From an uncultured Planctomycetota bacterium (GTDB lineage Bacteria > Planctomycetota > Planctomycetia > Isosphaerales > Isosphaeraceae): a stretch of 64,000 nucleotides of DNA. The DNA is taken from assembly GCA_963823665.1 (NCBI GenBank), contig CAWGMQ010000010.1, positions 256,001 to 320,000 on the forward strand, in the 5' to 3' direction. The position numbers and the translations under genes are program-made. This document shows, one piece after another, positions 9,852 through 21,652 of this stretch. Every line of letters begins with the position of its first letter. Position 1 is the stretch's first letter. The notes beneath the pieces are model-generated. The model searched no databases and had not been told where the DNA came from. It saw only the letters and a program-made list of their open reading frames with translations.

Positions 9852-11966
9852 GTGGAGACGCTCTTGCACGCCGGTTTGAACAACGCCGTGTCCGCAACGA
9901 TTCTGGCTCTGGTCGTCGCGTGCCTGTCACGCCTGCTCGCCCGGCGCCCTGCCGTGTTGCACTGCCTCTGGCTGCTGGTTCTCTTGAAGCTTGTCACGCC
10001 CCCGCTCTACTCCGTCGCGATACCCTGGCCCGAATCGCTTTCGCCGAGCGAGGAGGCCGCCGCGACGCCCGAAGAGACGCGACTGGCCTTCCAGCTATTG
10101 CGCGTCGACATCGATGCTCTGCCGGAAGCCACGGTGTCGGCCGAGCGCGATCTGGGGGCGGTCGCGATCACCGCCCCTGAGCCCGCCGCGGAAACGGACT
10201 TGGTCGAGCTCGCGCGTGCGGCAATCGGAGACGTCTGGAGCCGGCTCTCGCCCCATTGGGTTCCGATTGTGGGGTCGCTCTGGCTTGCGGGGAGCTTGAT
10301 CGCCGCGTTCGTATCGCTCAAGCGTATCGTGCGCTTTCAGCTCGTGCTCCGCGCAGCGACGCCGGGTTCCGAAGAGATCCAGAGCTGGGTCGACGAGCTT
10401 TCGGCCAACCTTGGTATGGATCGTGCGCCCCAGGTCTGGTGCATTAGCGGCAAGCTCTCGCCGATGCTGTGGGCTCTGGGCGCCTGTCCGCGGCTGATCA
10501 TCCCGGTCGAGCTATGGAAAGGCCTCGACCAGCGCCAGCGAGGAACTTTGCTCGTTCACGAGCTCGCGCACCTGAAGCGCGGCGATCATCGGGTGCGGAT
10601 CTTCGAGCTGGTCGTGACCGTGCTCTACTGGTGGAACCCCGTCCTCTGGTGGGCACGCCAGGCGCTGCGCGACGTCGAAGAGCAATGCTGTGATGCCTGG
10701 GTCGTCTGGGCCTTTCCCGAAGCGGCCAGGTCGTATGCGGAAACCTTGCTTGAAACCCTCGACTTTCTCAATCGATCCCGAGTCTCCGAGCCGCTTCTTG
10801 CGAGCGGTTTCGGAAAAGTTCAACACTTGCGAAGGAGATTAACCATGATCATGAGCGGTACGACCCCCAGGCTCCTCGGTCTGCGTGGGGCGTTGCGGCG
10901 CTGTGCGCCGGTGTGCTTTTGCTGCCGGTGAATGCGAGCTGGGCCCAGAAGCCCGAGGAACAGAAAGACGTCCGGGTTGTCGTCAAGATGGATGACGGCG
11001 ACGACGAAACGGTGGTGAAGCCCGACGACGGTCTGAATACCTCCGTATTCGCATTTAGCGACGCCACCATCGAGGCTGACGACGTTGTCGTTTTCTCCGA
11101 GGCACCGGTCGCACACGACACTGAGAAGTTCTCGTTTGGTGATAGCACGTTCGTCTATTCTGACGACGAAGCGACCGCGGGCACAAAGGCCCAGATCAAC
11201 GTGGTTCTCAAGAATGACGACTCCACAATCTCGGTCTCGGCCGATTCAGTGGACGAGGCAATCAAGAAGATCCAGGAACAGATCAAGGTTCTCAAGTCCA
11301 AGTCGCCGGGGGGCGAAAAGGCCAAGGCGCAGCAAGAGGCGCTCGAGCGAGCGGCCAAGGAGCTCCAGCAGCTTGCAAAGTCTCCAAAGGGTGTGACGAC
11401 GTTCAAGATGGGTGGCAGTGATGGCTCGGGTGGTTTCACCACTACGAGAAATGTCATGATCCGCAAAGTGGACGACGTCAAGTCGGCGAAGACACTTAGC
11501 CCTGAAAAGAAGGCCGAGATCGACAAGATGCGCAGCCGGATCAAGGAGCTGCAGCAAGGAGCTCGCGGCCAGCCAGCGCAAGCTCGCGGAGCTCGAGGGA
11601 GCCAACATGTCTTTTCGCGTGGTGAATGTGCCATCCGTCAAAGTAAACCCGCAAGTGCGATTCAGAGTGACGGAAAAGGCCGACGCCGGCGACGCGAAGA
11701 CCAACCCGACTGCGAAGTTTGAGGCCAAGGACATCAAGGTGATGGTCGTGCCCAAGAAGGTTGAAGCGGACGTAGCAAAGCCCGCCACGAAAGCCGTCAG
11801 AAGCTTCACCATCAAACAGGATGAACCGAAAGTGGTGACCGGCAGATTCACCGCCGAGGGAGTCAAGTCCCTCAAGGCCGATAACGATCGAATTGATGCC
11901 CTCGAGAAGAAGCTCGACAAGGTAATGCAGGCGCTCGAGTCCCTGAAGAAGTCGAAGGGCGACTGA
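9852..11966 (+). CDS. M56 family (BlaR1-like) metallopeptidase with charged coiled-coil C-terminal region; frameshifts near 10900 and 11560
   Basis: LWLLVLLKLVTPP, HELAHLKRGDH, WWNP, EEQCCD; continues in ORFs 10913..11722 and 11607..11966. Confidence 0.85.
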
Positions 11967-12015
11967 TCGATCTCAAGTCGTCGCGATCGCACGTCTCTTT
12001 TGCCCGCCTCGGTGA

Positions 12016-12057
12016 CTGCCGCGCCGGCGATTCCACCCGCCGGCGCGGCAGGTTTTG
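12016..12057. terminator. Hairpin between convergent genes, probable intrinsic terminator
   Basis: 14-bp perfect stem CTGCCGCGCCGGCG / CGCCGGCGCGGCAG followed by GTTTT. Confidence 0.6.
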
Positions 12058-12062
12058 CACGA

Positions 12063-15000
12063 TCAATCGTCGAGCGGGATTGCTGTTGCACGCCACAGCC
12101 ATTTCCACCGTTTTTCCGGTGGCATTCCCAGCACCTGTGCGAGCCTGATCCGAGCCAGTTCCCTCGGATCTGTGCGTCCGGGGTTGCGGGGTGATGATGC
12201 GGATTCCAGCAGAGCCACCGCAGCCCGGGGATCGATGCAGGCCTTCGCGGTCATGAAACTGGGATCGAGCTCGTCGCGCCGGCCCGTTTCGGTGGCCAGG
12301 GCGCGGATGTAGGAATCGAAGGGCTCGAACAACGCGGCGGCCACCTCGCGGTCATACCGGGCGAGCAGCATGCACTCGAAGCTCGCGTTCGAGCGTTTGA
12401 GCAGGTCTTCGTGTTCCGTGTCCACTCGAGAATGAAGCGCCACGGCTCGCCAGTAAACCTCTGCCAGTCGTTCGGGGGCAACCCGCTCGACGACGGGCAG
12501 AATGACGGCGGCTGGGTTGGTTGCGTGCAGATAGAAGACGCCACCCATGCTTGGTTCCGGGCTCGGAGCCAGTTCCCGCAGCCGATCGATCTCCCGGATC
12601 GCGCGATCGATCGCATCGTAGGCGGCGGCCCTGTCCTTTTCAGCCAGCCCAAGTGCCACATGGGCGAAGCCGGAGGCGCGCGTCGCGGGATCGCGTGCTG
12701 AGTCGACCACGCGCATTGCGCGCTGCGGATCGACACTGGCAAGGCGACGGCAGAATCGCAGTAGATCGAACAAGGAATTTGTCTGGTTATTGCCAGCGTC
12801 GCGCAAATTGAAGACCTGCTCGGCCAGCGCCGGGTGGTCGATCGCTAGCTGGCACGCGACCTGCGCGAGGGCATGATCACGCGTACCGGCGTTCGCCTGA
12901 GGCGTCGGTAGCTTCCGCAGGCGTTCGACGATGCCATCGGGCTCGAGCCTGGCAAGCTGGCTGAGGAATTCGGTCTGAAACACGGTAGTTGACATCTTGA
13001 CTTCTTCGAGCAGCAGCCGGGCGCGATCTTGCTCGCCCAGGTCCAGCCACCCTTCGGCGAGTGCGGAGACCTGTTGCAGGTGACTCACGTCGCTCACGCG
13101 TTGGGCACCATGCTTGAGCATTGCGGTTGCTCGTTCCAGGATCGCGCGCTTCCGGATGCGCTCGGACGTGGGCAGGGCTTTGACCACGCCCGCCAGAGCG
13201 CTGACTCTCGTCGCTGGGTCGACGAGCGAATCGGCCATCGCCTCAGCCTGCGCGGGTTCCTTCACCGCAAGCTTGGCCGCTAGGGATTTCCGGACCAGTT
13301 GATCAATGCGATCCTCGTCGCGGAACTCGCCAGCGCGTAACAGTTCGAGTGCCCGGCTCAGGTCAATCTCACTGAGCGCGGCGATGGCCGCGGGCCTGGG
13401 CGCGTTCACGCCATTTTCCCCAGGGATACGCAGGTACGGGTCGAGCAGCCGGTTTGCCAGGGCTCGTGACTCGTCGAGGGAGATCGGATCGGCCAGCGGC
13501 TTCATGTTCGCTGTGATTGATTCACTCACGCGCACCAGCGTCAATTCCCCCACATCGGCCGTTGACGACGGATCGACCAATTGACCGTGAAGTCGGAAGC
13601 CCTTCTGCTCGACCAGAATGACGGCCTTACCGGGGGCGATGCCGGTAAGAGTAAATCCCCCTTGGGCATCGGTCAGCGCGGACGGGCCACCAGCCGGGAT
13701 GAAGACCCGGACGCCCGCGAGTGAGCGTCCCTTTTGGTCCTTGATCCGGCCCGTCAACTTTTGAAGCGGCTGAAGACGGATGGGAGGAATCGCAGCGCGA
13801 TCGCCACTTAGCGTGACCCAGTCGGAGACAAACGGTTGGAACCCCTCGTGCCGGATTATCACGCGGTAGGTCGAGCCGGAGAGCAGAGTGGCGGGAGTCT
13901 GGAACGCGCCTTGAGGTCCTGTTCTAAGCGGCTCGGGTTCGAGCCGAAGTATCTCGTCCGGCGTGATTCGTCGATTACCGAATGGGTCGCTTGCGCTGAA
14001 GTCGCTCCGCAGAATCTTTGGCCCTTGGACCCAGACCTGCACCGGAATGCCGGCCAGCGGCGCACCGGATGTCGCACGGACGATTCCGACCACTCGCCCT
14101 GGACGGCCAAGCTTGAGGACCGCGTTCGACCCTTCCGGTGATTCGAGTCGAAGCGTGTGCGGCGCAACTCCTTGACCAGCGACCCGGACTGACACGGGCT
14201 TCATGATTCCGGGTAGGTAAGTCAGCGTGGCCACGCCCGTGCCGTTTGTTGTCGCGGTCAGCCGCTCGTGCCATGACGCTGGAATCGTGGCCCACACGGA
14301 TTTGCCCGGCACCGTGCGCCTGAGCATGTCTGGAGTGACGCGAAGGTCTGTGATGGGCCGGTTATCCTGCCCGAGAACGTTGATGGTGAACTTAGACTGG
14401 TCGTCGAGGGTCACGAGAACCACGAAGGGATTCGCATTTCTGGCGAATGAGACATCCTTCGTCGCGATCGCACGCCCGGGCTGGTAGACCCAGATATTTG
14501 CGGAGTGGACTCGCGCCCCGGGGCGCTGCTCGAGCAACTTCGAGCTGCGCATTGCCGGTGCCGTCGGTGTCGACACGCTTGACGACCGGCTCGAGACTTC
14601 CAGCGCGCTGCGCGCATACCAGAGCGTCACCGCGACATCGGCCCCGGAGAGCCGCCGACCCGCCGAATCGGTGACTTCCACCCGGAGGACGAACGGACCT
14701 GAATACGTGGCCGGTTTCGCGGCCGGAGCGCGGGACTGGGCCTCGGCGGCCGGAGAAGCCGTCGGGCGCTCGAGAGCTTCCTGGCCCGGTTCGCCGGTGG
14801 GTGCGGGATTCTTGTCGCGAGCTGATGAAAACCCCATCACGCACGCCCCAGCGGTCAAAAGCCCGGCAATCAAAGCCGCGGCGGCCATGAGAGTCAGCTT
14901 GGCATTCGTCATCGATTTGATCGTCGCTTCCAGTAAGACAACGGCTTCGGACGACACGACCCCGACCAGCGATACCCTGTCGATCCCCGCCAGGAGCGCG

Positions 15001-15686
15001 CCACGCAACGTCGTATCCGCGAGACGCGCTGCAAGCAGCACCTGGGCCGATTCCGTGTCTCGCGATGAGTCTGCTGGGTCGAACGGAAGCACCGCCGGGC
15101 CGACACCGCGCTGGATCAACCGCATACGCAGTCGCTCGCGTGCCCAGGCCAATCGGCTTTTCACCGATCCCACCGGCCAGCCCAGACGCTCGGCGGCCAT
15201 CTCGTGGGTCAGCCCTTCGAGGTAGCACAACACGACGGCCGCCCGGTATTTCCCGGGGAGTCGGCCGATCTCTTCGTGGATGGCGAGGGTCAACTCTGCG
15301 TCACACACAGGATCGTAGAGGGACTCCTGGGTGACGGTTGATTTCATTCCAGCTCGCGCCAGCTCGTGCCGTCGGCGCACGGCCGCTCGCGAGCGCTCAG
15401 AAGCCGCGACTCGAAGCGCCACACCGTGCAACCACGACGCCACCGAATCGCGTCGGCGGATCGAACGCGCGCGGACGGCGAGCACGAGGAAGGTCGCCTG
15501 AAAGGCGTCCTCGACCTCGTGCCGATCGCCAAGCACACCCCGACAGACGCGAAGCACCATCAGGCCGTGTCGTGCCAGAAGCGCGGCAAAGGCGAGCTCG
15601 GCGGTCTCGTCGTGTTCGCTCCGGCGCGACTCAAACCGTTGCAAGAGCTCCTCGTCGCTCAGGCCGGCCGGCGAGCCATAGCGCAA
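12063..15686 (-). CDS. ECF sigma-70 factor with TM segment and large C-terminal extension (planctomycete type)
   Basis: LSDEELLQRF, AFAALLARHGLMV, EDAFQATFLVL, SWLHGVALRVA, LCYLEGLT, GSVKSRL; carboxypeptidase-regulatory-like repeats; a compensating frameshift pair is likely near 14530-14590. Confidence 0.88.
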   Translation of the reverse strand: MRYGSPAGLSDEELLQRFESRRSEHDETAELAFAALLARHGLMVLRVCRGVLGDRHEVEDAFQATFLVLAVRARSIRRRDSVASWLHGVALRVAASERSRAAVRRRHELARAGMKSTVTQESLYDPVCDAELTLAIHEEIGRLPGKYRAAVVLCYLEGLTHEMAAERLGWPVGSVKSRLAWARERLRMRLIQRGVGPAVLPFDPADSSRDTESAQVLLAARLADTTLRGALLAGIDRVSLVGVVSSEAVVLLEATIKSMTNAKLTLMAAAALIAGLLTAGACVMGFSSARDKNPAPTGEPGQEALERPTASPAAEAQSRAPAAKPATYSGPFVLRVEVTDSAGRRLSGADVAVTLWYARSALEVSSRSSSVSTPTAPAMRSSKLLEQRPGARVHSANIWVYQPGRAIATKDVSFARNANPFVVLVTLDDQSKFTINVLGQDNRPITDLRVTPDMLRRTVPGKSVWATIPASWHERLTATTNGTGVATLTYLPGIMKPVSVRVAGQGVAPHTLRLESPEGSNAVLKLGRPGRVVGIVRATSGAPLAGIPVQVWVQGPKILRSDFSASDPFGNRRITPDEILRLEPEPLRTGPQGAFQTPATLLSGSTYRVIIRHEGFQPFVSDWVTLSGDRAAIPPIRLQPLQKLTGRIKDQKGRSLAGVRVFIPAGGPSALTDAQGGFTLTGIAPGKAVILVEQKGFRLHGQLVDPSSTADVGELTLVRVSESITANMKPLADPISLDESRALANRLLDPYLRIPGENGVNAPRPAAIAALSEIDLSRALELLRAGEFRDEDRIDQLVRKSLAAKLAVKEPAQAEAMADSLVDPATRVSALAGVVKALPTSERIRKRAILERATAMLKHGAQRVSDVSHLQQVSALAEGWLDLGEQDRARLLLEEVKMSTTVFQTEFLSQLARLEPDGIVERLRKLPTPQANAGTRDHALAQVACQLAIDHPALAEQVFNLRDAGNNQTNSLFDLLRFCRRLASVDPQRAMRVVDSARDPATRASGFAHVALGLAEKDRAAAYDAIDRAIREIDRLRELAPSPEPSMGGVFYLHATNPAAVILPVVERVAPERLAEVYWRAVALHSRVDTEHEDLLKRSNASFECMLLARYDREVAAALFEPFDSYIRALATETGRRDELDPSFMTAKACIDPRAAVALLESASSPRNPGRTDPRELARIRLAQVLGMPPEKRWKWLWRATAIPLDD

Positions 15687-15816
15687 CAGATCCGACAGGA
15701 ATCTCGGTATGCCGTGGGAGGATTCGGTAATGATGACTCAACCGCCCTCAAGCTTGCGCCTCGAAATCCAACCTGTTCGAAATAGTCTCGCGCGGGATGG
15801 TGGGCGATCAGGTTTT

Positions 15817-16285
15817 TTACGGCGCACCCGCCGATTCCCGGCTGGCGGCGACATATTCGGCCACGTACGCCAGAGTGCGATCGAGCTGCGACTTCAAGTG
15901 GCGCACCCGCAGGATGCTGCGGATGCGGCAGAGAAGCTCGGTCTTGTTCACTGGCTTTGTCAGGAAGTCGTCGGTGCCCGCCTGCACGCCGCGCTCGAAA
16001 TCGGCCGCTTCGTTGAGCGCGGTGACCATAAGGATCAGCAGCTCCTTGGTCTTGGGATTGGCGCGGATCTTCTTGCAAACCTCGAAACCCGATAGTCGAG
16101 GCATCATCACGTCCAGCAAGCAGAAGATCGGGCTCGAACTCCTCGACGACGTGCAATGTTTCCTCGCCATCGGCAGCGGTACGGATTTCGCATGGGAAAT
16201 CGCTCAAGTAGGCCTCGAGCAGTTCGACATTCTGCAGATTGTCGTCGGCGATCAAGATTTTGGGAGGGGCCGCGGATGGATCCAA
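15817..16285 (-). CDS. Response regulator receiver protein, frameshifted near 16115
   Basis: KILIADDN, then LLDVMMPRLSGFEVCK, MVTAL, DDFLTKP. Confidence 0.88.
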
Positions 16286-16672
16286 TTCGTTTTCCCCAAA
16301 TCACGGAGGAAGCCTGCGGCGCGCAAGCGATTGCCGAGATCCGGTGCGACGGAACCGCTCGCCCCATGCCGATTCGCTTCAGCCCGCCTGCGATCGCACG
16401 AATCGTCAAACCGCGCAACTTCGTGGAGCAACGCTGCTTGACGCCGGCGGTCGCTCATTCTAACGGAGATCGCGGTCCAGCGCAAACCACAAAATTCCTG
16501 GAGAAAGTCGTCCCGGCCTCACCACTGGAACTCGTGACAAGAAAACGTCATGCCGCCAGCAGTTGCCGCGACACAGTATTGTGCTACAATTGTAGAGTTT
16601 AAGAGCCTGCCGAAGGCTCGTTCTGCCCAACCCGATCGACCTGAGCATACATCGCTTGAAGGAGGCACCGCC

Positions 16673-17258
16673 GTGCCTTTGCGCGACATCGACAGCAAGC
16701 TCATCGATCGCTGCCTGGGCAAGGAGCCCGGGGCGTGGAACGACTTTGTTGACCGGTACATGGGCTTGATCTACCACGTGATCCAGCACGTTGCGTATGC
16801 CCGGAGCCGTCTGCGTCAGCACCGAAGATGTCGAGGACATCGCCGCCGAGATCTTTCTGAAGATCGTCGACAACGACTACGCCGTCCTCAAGAAATTCAA
16901 AGGAATGAGCTCGCTGCCGACCTATCTGACGGTGATCGCGCGGCGCATCTGCGTGAAAGAGCTCATCAAGCGTCATCGCGAGCAAGAGCTCGGCCATGCG
17001 AACGCCCACCGGGCCGCTGTCGACGACGGCGGTTCAGACGAAGTCGAGGCGATCGTCTCGGCCGAGGAAGTCGACAAGATGCTCGAGGACTTGACCGAGA
17101 CCGAAGCGGAAGTCGTCCGGCTCTACCACTTGAAGTTCCTGAACTATCGCGATATCGCCAAGCAGCTCGGCATGAAGGAAAACTCCGTCGGGCCGATCCT
17201 TGCGCGTGCACGGAAGAAGCTTCGCGAAGCTGCGGAACATCAACAGAGCGCGAGCTGA
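16673..17258 (+). CDS. ECF sigma factor, frameshifted near 16808
   Basis: GGAGG RBS; AWNDFVDRYMGLIY, then EDIAAEIFLKI, TYLTVIARR, YRDIAKQLGMKENSVGPILARAR. Confidence 0.85.
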
Positions 17259-17351
17259 GCGGTGGAGTGCTCTGCTGGAAATCGCGGTGCGCCCCTTGGG
17301 AGCGCTGCGGAGTAGCGAGCATAGCGTTCCCACGCGGGGCGCAGAAACGTG

Positions 17352-18491
17352 TTATCGCCCGACCGGTGAGTCGTCGGCCGCGGTCCAGCGGGCCGATTCG
17401 TCGGCGGGGCCAGACGGCATCGGAGCACGCACCACGTCTTCAAGCGGGCTGGAGATCCGGCCGGGAGCTGCGCGGCGTGCATCAGAGGCACGGGCGGTCG
17501 GGGTCGAGTCAGGCTCATCCGTTACGGGAGTCGGCCGCCCGAGCTTCACTCCATTTCGCGGCGCGGGAGCTGGCAGCGTTCGCCGCACGGTCGTCCGGTT
17601 ATCTTTCGCTTCCGATCGGGCCATATCGGCCAGGTTCACGCGCTTATATCCGGGAATGGACGGCTCGACGAAGAGTCTGGCCGCCTTGGAGCTATCAAAC
17701 TGATTGACGATCACGTCCTTGAGGGCGACATCCAGCATCAACTGGTCTCTCTTCCATTCGAGTCTGAGTCTTTCGGGCAAGTAGCAGCTTTGAAAGGCGC
17801 CCGACTCTGATCTCTCGATGTCGAAGTCCTTGTATCCCGGGATTACCGCCTGGGTCAGCATGGTGTTGATGTGGCCGACGACACAGATCCGGTACTCCTT
17901 GACGCGCCGGGTGTAGTTCGAGACGATCATCACGCGCTGATACGATTCGCCCCGGCTCTTGGCAGGGGGAAAGACCACGGCGCTCAGATTGGGATTATCG
18001 GTTTTCTGCACGCGGATCGAGTCGGCCTCCTCCGGCGTGATCGGCTTCAAGCCGAGGGCTTCCATGATCCAGTCCGGCTGATAGGTGACCGACAGAGCGC
18101 TCGATTCCAGGTCGTTGTAGTTGCACCAGTAGATCGAGCGATCTTCGTCACTCTGCACCCAGAACCAGAATTCCTCGTCGTTTGACCCGATGTCGGCTTT
18201 CTTCTGGCCCATGTGCGTGAGCTCGAGCTTGAAGCTCTGCGGACGGACCATACCCAGCTTGCCATCGGCCTGGACTTTCATGATCTTGCTGTGCACGGCG
18301 ATCGTGGGCCTGGCGTCCAGGCTCTGAATCAAATCGGCGTTCCGGTTGTGCTCGGCAACGAACTGGTCGATATCGAGCGTTCGGTCGGCAACCGGTCGCG
18401 ATTTCGGAGCGAGCGTGCTGCGGTTGAGCGCGGCACAACCTCCCAGACCGAGCGCGGCCATCGCCAGCAAGACATGCCGCGCGGCGATCAT
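17352..18491 (-). CDS. Conserved hypothetical lipoprotein (possibly LolA/LolB-like fold)
   Basis: Lipobox LGGC; DIGSNDEEFWFW core; Pro-rich tail. Confidence 0.7.
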   Translation of the reverse strand: MIAARHVLLAMAALGLGGCAALNRSTLAPKSRPVADRTLDIDQFVAEHNRNADLIQSLDARPTIAVHSKIMKVQADGKLGMVRPQSFKLELTHMGQKKADIGSNDEEFWFWVQSDEDRSIYWCNYNDLESSALSVTYQPDWIMEALGLKPITPEEADSIRVQKTDNPNLSAVVFPPAKSRGESYQRVMIVSNYTRRVKEYRICVVGHINTMLTQAVIPGYKDFDIERSESGAFQSCYLPERLRLEWKRDQLMLDVALKDVIVNQFDSSKAARLFVEPSIPGYKRVNLADMARSEAKDNRTTVRRTLPAPAPRNGVKLGRPTPVTDEPDSTPTARASDARRAAPGRISSPLEDVVRAPMPSGPADESARWTAADDSPVGR

Positions 18492-18635
18492 TCAGCACTC
18501 CCTCTGCGTGGAACCAGCCCGCGCGCGAACTCCGCGCACCGCTACTACTTAATGATTCGGCAGCCAGAGATGTGGCCGTGAAGGGGCAGGCAACTTATCC
18601 CAAGTGCCCATATTGAACAAGGGCGAATCCGAGGA

Positions 18636-19826
18636 TCAGCGCAGGAACCGCTCGAGCGCGTCAAAGCCTTTCTCGAGCGTCCGGAGGCTGGTGGCGAACG
18701 ACATGCGGGCGTATCCCTCAGCACCAAACGCAGAACCCATCACGAGAGCCACGTTAGCTTGGCTGAGTGCGGCCATGCAGAACGACGTGGAATTCTCGAT
18801 GAGTGTGCCGCCGATCGTCCGGCCGAAATGGGCCGAGACGTTCATGAAGGCGTAAAAGGCACCGTCCGGGGGGGTGCAAGTGACATCCGCCAGCGTGCTG
18901 ATGCGCGACATCACGTAGTCCCGTCGCTTTTGAAACTCGGCTTTCATCCGGACCACCGAGTCCTGCGGGCCGATGACGGCCTCGAGTGCCGCCCACTGGC
19001 TGACGGAGCAGGGGTTGCTGGTTTCCTGGCTCTGAATGTCCCCCATGAATTTCGCGACGGGCTCGGCCGCGACCGCCCAGCCGATGCGCCAGCCGGTCAT
19101 CGCATACGTCTTGCTGACGCCGGAAATCGTGATGGTGCGATCGGCCAGTCCAGGGCGAAGCGTGGCAAAACACGTGGGTTTTGCGTCGCCGTACGTGAGC
19201 TGCTCGTAAATCTCGTCGGAGAGGACTCCGGCGTCCGTCTGGAGGATCACGTCGGCAAGTGCCTCCAGCTCATCGCGTTGATAAACGACCCCAGTGGGGT
19301 TTGACGGGCTGTTGATCATGAAAAGCTTGGCACGTGGCGTGATGGCTTCTCGCAACTGGCGAGGCGAAAGCTTGAAGCCGGCGGCCTCCGGCGTGGGAAT
19401 GATCACGGGCGTTGCGCCGGTCAGTTTAACCAGGTCGGAGTAGCTCACCCAGTACGGCGCTGGAATCACGACTTCGTCACCCGGCCCGCAGACCGCCATC
19501 AGTGCGTTATGCAGGGAGTGCTTCGCACCATTCGAGACGACCACCTGTGCGGCTTCGGTCTTCAAACCGTGATGACGCGTGTAATGCGAAGCGATCGCCT
19601 GGCGCAGCTCCGGAATGCCGGCGGGGGGCGTGTAATGCGTCAAGCCGCCCGAGATCGCTTTCCACGCCGCCTGCTGGATATTGTCCGGCGTATCGAAATC
19701 GGGCTCGCCGAGCGCGAAGTCCAGCACCTCGATCCCCTTCGCTTTCAAGCGACGGGCTTCCGCCCCCATCATCAGCGTTGCCGACGGCTCGATCAAACTC
19801 GAACGCTTCGCAAGTGTTAAAAACAC
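18636..19826 (-). CDS. aspC: PLP-dependent aminotransferase class I (aspartate aminotransferase-like)
   Basis: GEPDFDTP, NSPSNPTG, SDEIYE, SKTYAMTGWRIG. Confidence 0.92.
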   Translation of the reverse strand: MFLTLAKRSSLIEPSATLMMGAEARRLKAKGIEVLDFALGEPDFDTPDNIQQAAWKAISGGLTHYTPPAGIPELRQAIASHYTRHHGLKTEAAQVVVSNGAKHSLHNALMAVCGPGDEVVIPAPYWVSYSDLVKLTGATPVIIPTPEAAGFKLSPRQLREAITPRAKLFMINSPSNPTGVVYQRDELEALADVILQTDAGVLSDEIYEQLTYGDAKPTCFATLRPGLADRTITISGVSKTYAMTGWRIGWAVAAEPVAKFMGDIQSQETSNPCSVSQWAALEAVIGPQDSVVRMKAEFQKRRDYVMSRISTLADVTCTPPDGAFYAFMNVSAHFGRTIGGTLIENSTSFCMAALSQANVALVMGSAFGAEGYARMSFATSLRTLEKGFDALERFLR

Positions 19827-20341
19827 AGCCTATCCTCCCAGTCGACGCTCACCGGTCAACCCGTCGAATGGACTCACGCCGGCCCGCCGGAGTTCGCCCA
19901 GAACGACAGCAATCATCAAGTTGCCGTAACGCCGCAGTTTGCCTAGAGTGCGAACGAAATTTGCTGGAAACTCCGGGGTGTGGTAAATTATGCTGACGGG
20001 GCAAATGTTACCGATCGCGAGTTCGGTGGAAGCTGTTCGTTGGTGGAATTTGCATAATCCGGGGAACCGGTTTCTTGTGCTTGAGCCGCCGACGGACAGC
20101 GTTTGCCTGGTCACGATTTTCAGTTCGAGCGAGCCCGGCACGGAGGGACGGCAGAGCCAGTCCTTAAGCGGGGCGCTGCGTGGTCTCGGATTCGCATGCA
20201 TGTCTTTCCCGTTCGGGTTGAGACTTCGTCGAAACGCGACCTAGTGTAACTACGCGGACCATGGAGGGATAAGAGCGAAGAACTGGAAATCACCCGCACC
20301 GCACCCTTGAGCTTCTGCAACGATTGAGCGTGGGGGAAAAA

Positions 20342-21621
20342 ATGCACCGCGTGGTGGTGAGCGGAGTCGGCGTTGTCGCGCCCAACGGCGTGGGCCGTCG
20401 CGACTTTTCCGAAGCAATCTTCGAAGGCCGATCCGGAGTTGGTTTCATCGAGAGCTTCGACACATCCGGCCAGAGCATCAAGATCGCCGGAGAGGTCAAG
20501 CACTTCGACGTGCTGCCTTTCCTGGGCGAGTACAAGAAGAACCTGAAGATGATGAGCCGGGCCGTGCGGTTCGCCGTCGGGGCCGCGGCGCTGGCCGTGG
20601 AGGATTCCGGTGTCGATACGAACCGGCTGGACCCCGGCCGATTCGGCGTTTGCATGGGGACCGGGATCACGCCGGTGGATGTGGGCGAGCTGGTCGACCC
20701 GATCATGAGGGGGGTCGGCACGGACGGTGAGTTCGACATGGGCCGGTTTGCCCTGGCGCGCGCCGAGTCGATTTTCCCGTTGTGGCTGCTCCAGCACCTC
20801 CCCAACATGGCGGCGGCCCACATCTCGATTCTTCACCACGCGATGGGACCCAACAACACGATCGTGACAGCGTGCGCGGCCGGGACGCAGGCCGTCGGGG
20901 AAGCCTTCAGGTTGATCGCCCGGGGAGATGCCGACATCATGCTGGCCGGCGGCTGCGACAGCCGGCTCGATCCCCACCTCATGGTGGCCTACACCGCCAT
21001 GAAGGCCGTCAGCACCTCGGCGCGACCGCCGAGCGAGGTGTCGCGGCCGTTTGACGCCGAACGGAATGGATTCGTGCTGGGCGAGGGTGCGGCTGTCATC
21101 GTGCTGGAAAGCTACCGGCGAGCCAAGCGGCGGGGGGCGACGATCTACGCCGAGATCACGGGATACGGCTCATCGTTCGACGCGTTCGGAATCACCCGGC
21201 CAGAGCCCGAAGGGAAGGGGGCGGCGCTTTCGATGTCGGCGGCGCTTCGCGAGGCGCGGGTCGATCCCTCCGAGATCAATTACATCAACGCCCACGGCAC
21301 CAGCACGCGGCTCAACGACCTGATGGAGACGGTCGCGGTCAAACGCGTTTTCGGCCACCGGGCCAATTCGATTCCGATCAGCTCGCAGAAGTCGATGATC
21401 GGCCACTTGATCGGCGCCTCGGCGCGGTTGAAGCCGCCGCAACGGCACTGTCGCTGCGCGAGGGCGTGGTGCCCCCGACCATCAACCTGGCGACGCCCGA
21501 TCCCGAGTGCGACCTCGATTATGTTCCCAACACATCGCGAGAAATCCCGGTCGAAACAGCCATTTCCAACAGCTTCGGTTTCGGTGGGCAGAATGCGTCG
21601 CTGGTGATGACCAGAGTTTGA
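20342..21621 (+). CDS. fabF: Beta-ketoacyl-ACP synthase II family, frameshifted near 21425
   Basis: [34 protein letters not shown]-terminal [11 protein letters not shown] in the shifted frame ending TGA 21619-21621. Confidence 0.9.
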
Positions 21622-21652
21622 GCGCTCTCGTCTACGCCAGGTAGTCGAGAAA

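Noticed and set aside
19830..20340. Long intergenic region examined for tRNA or ncRNA
   Set aside because: No cloverleaf or recognisable motif; consistent with a divergent promoter region.
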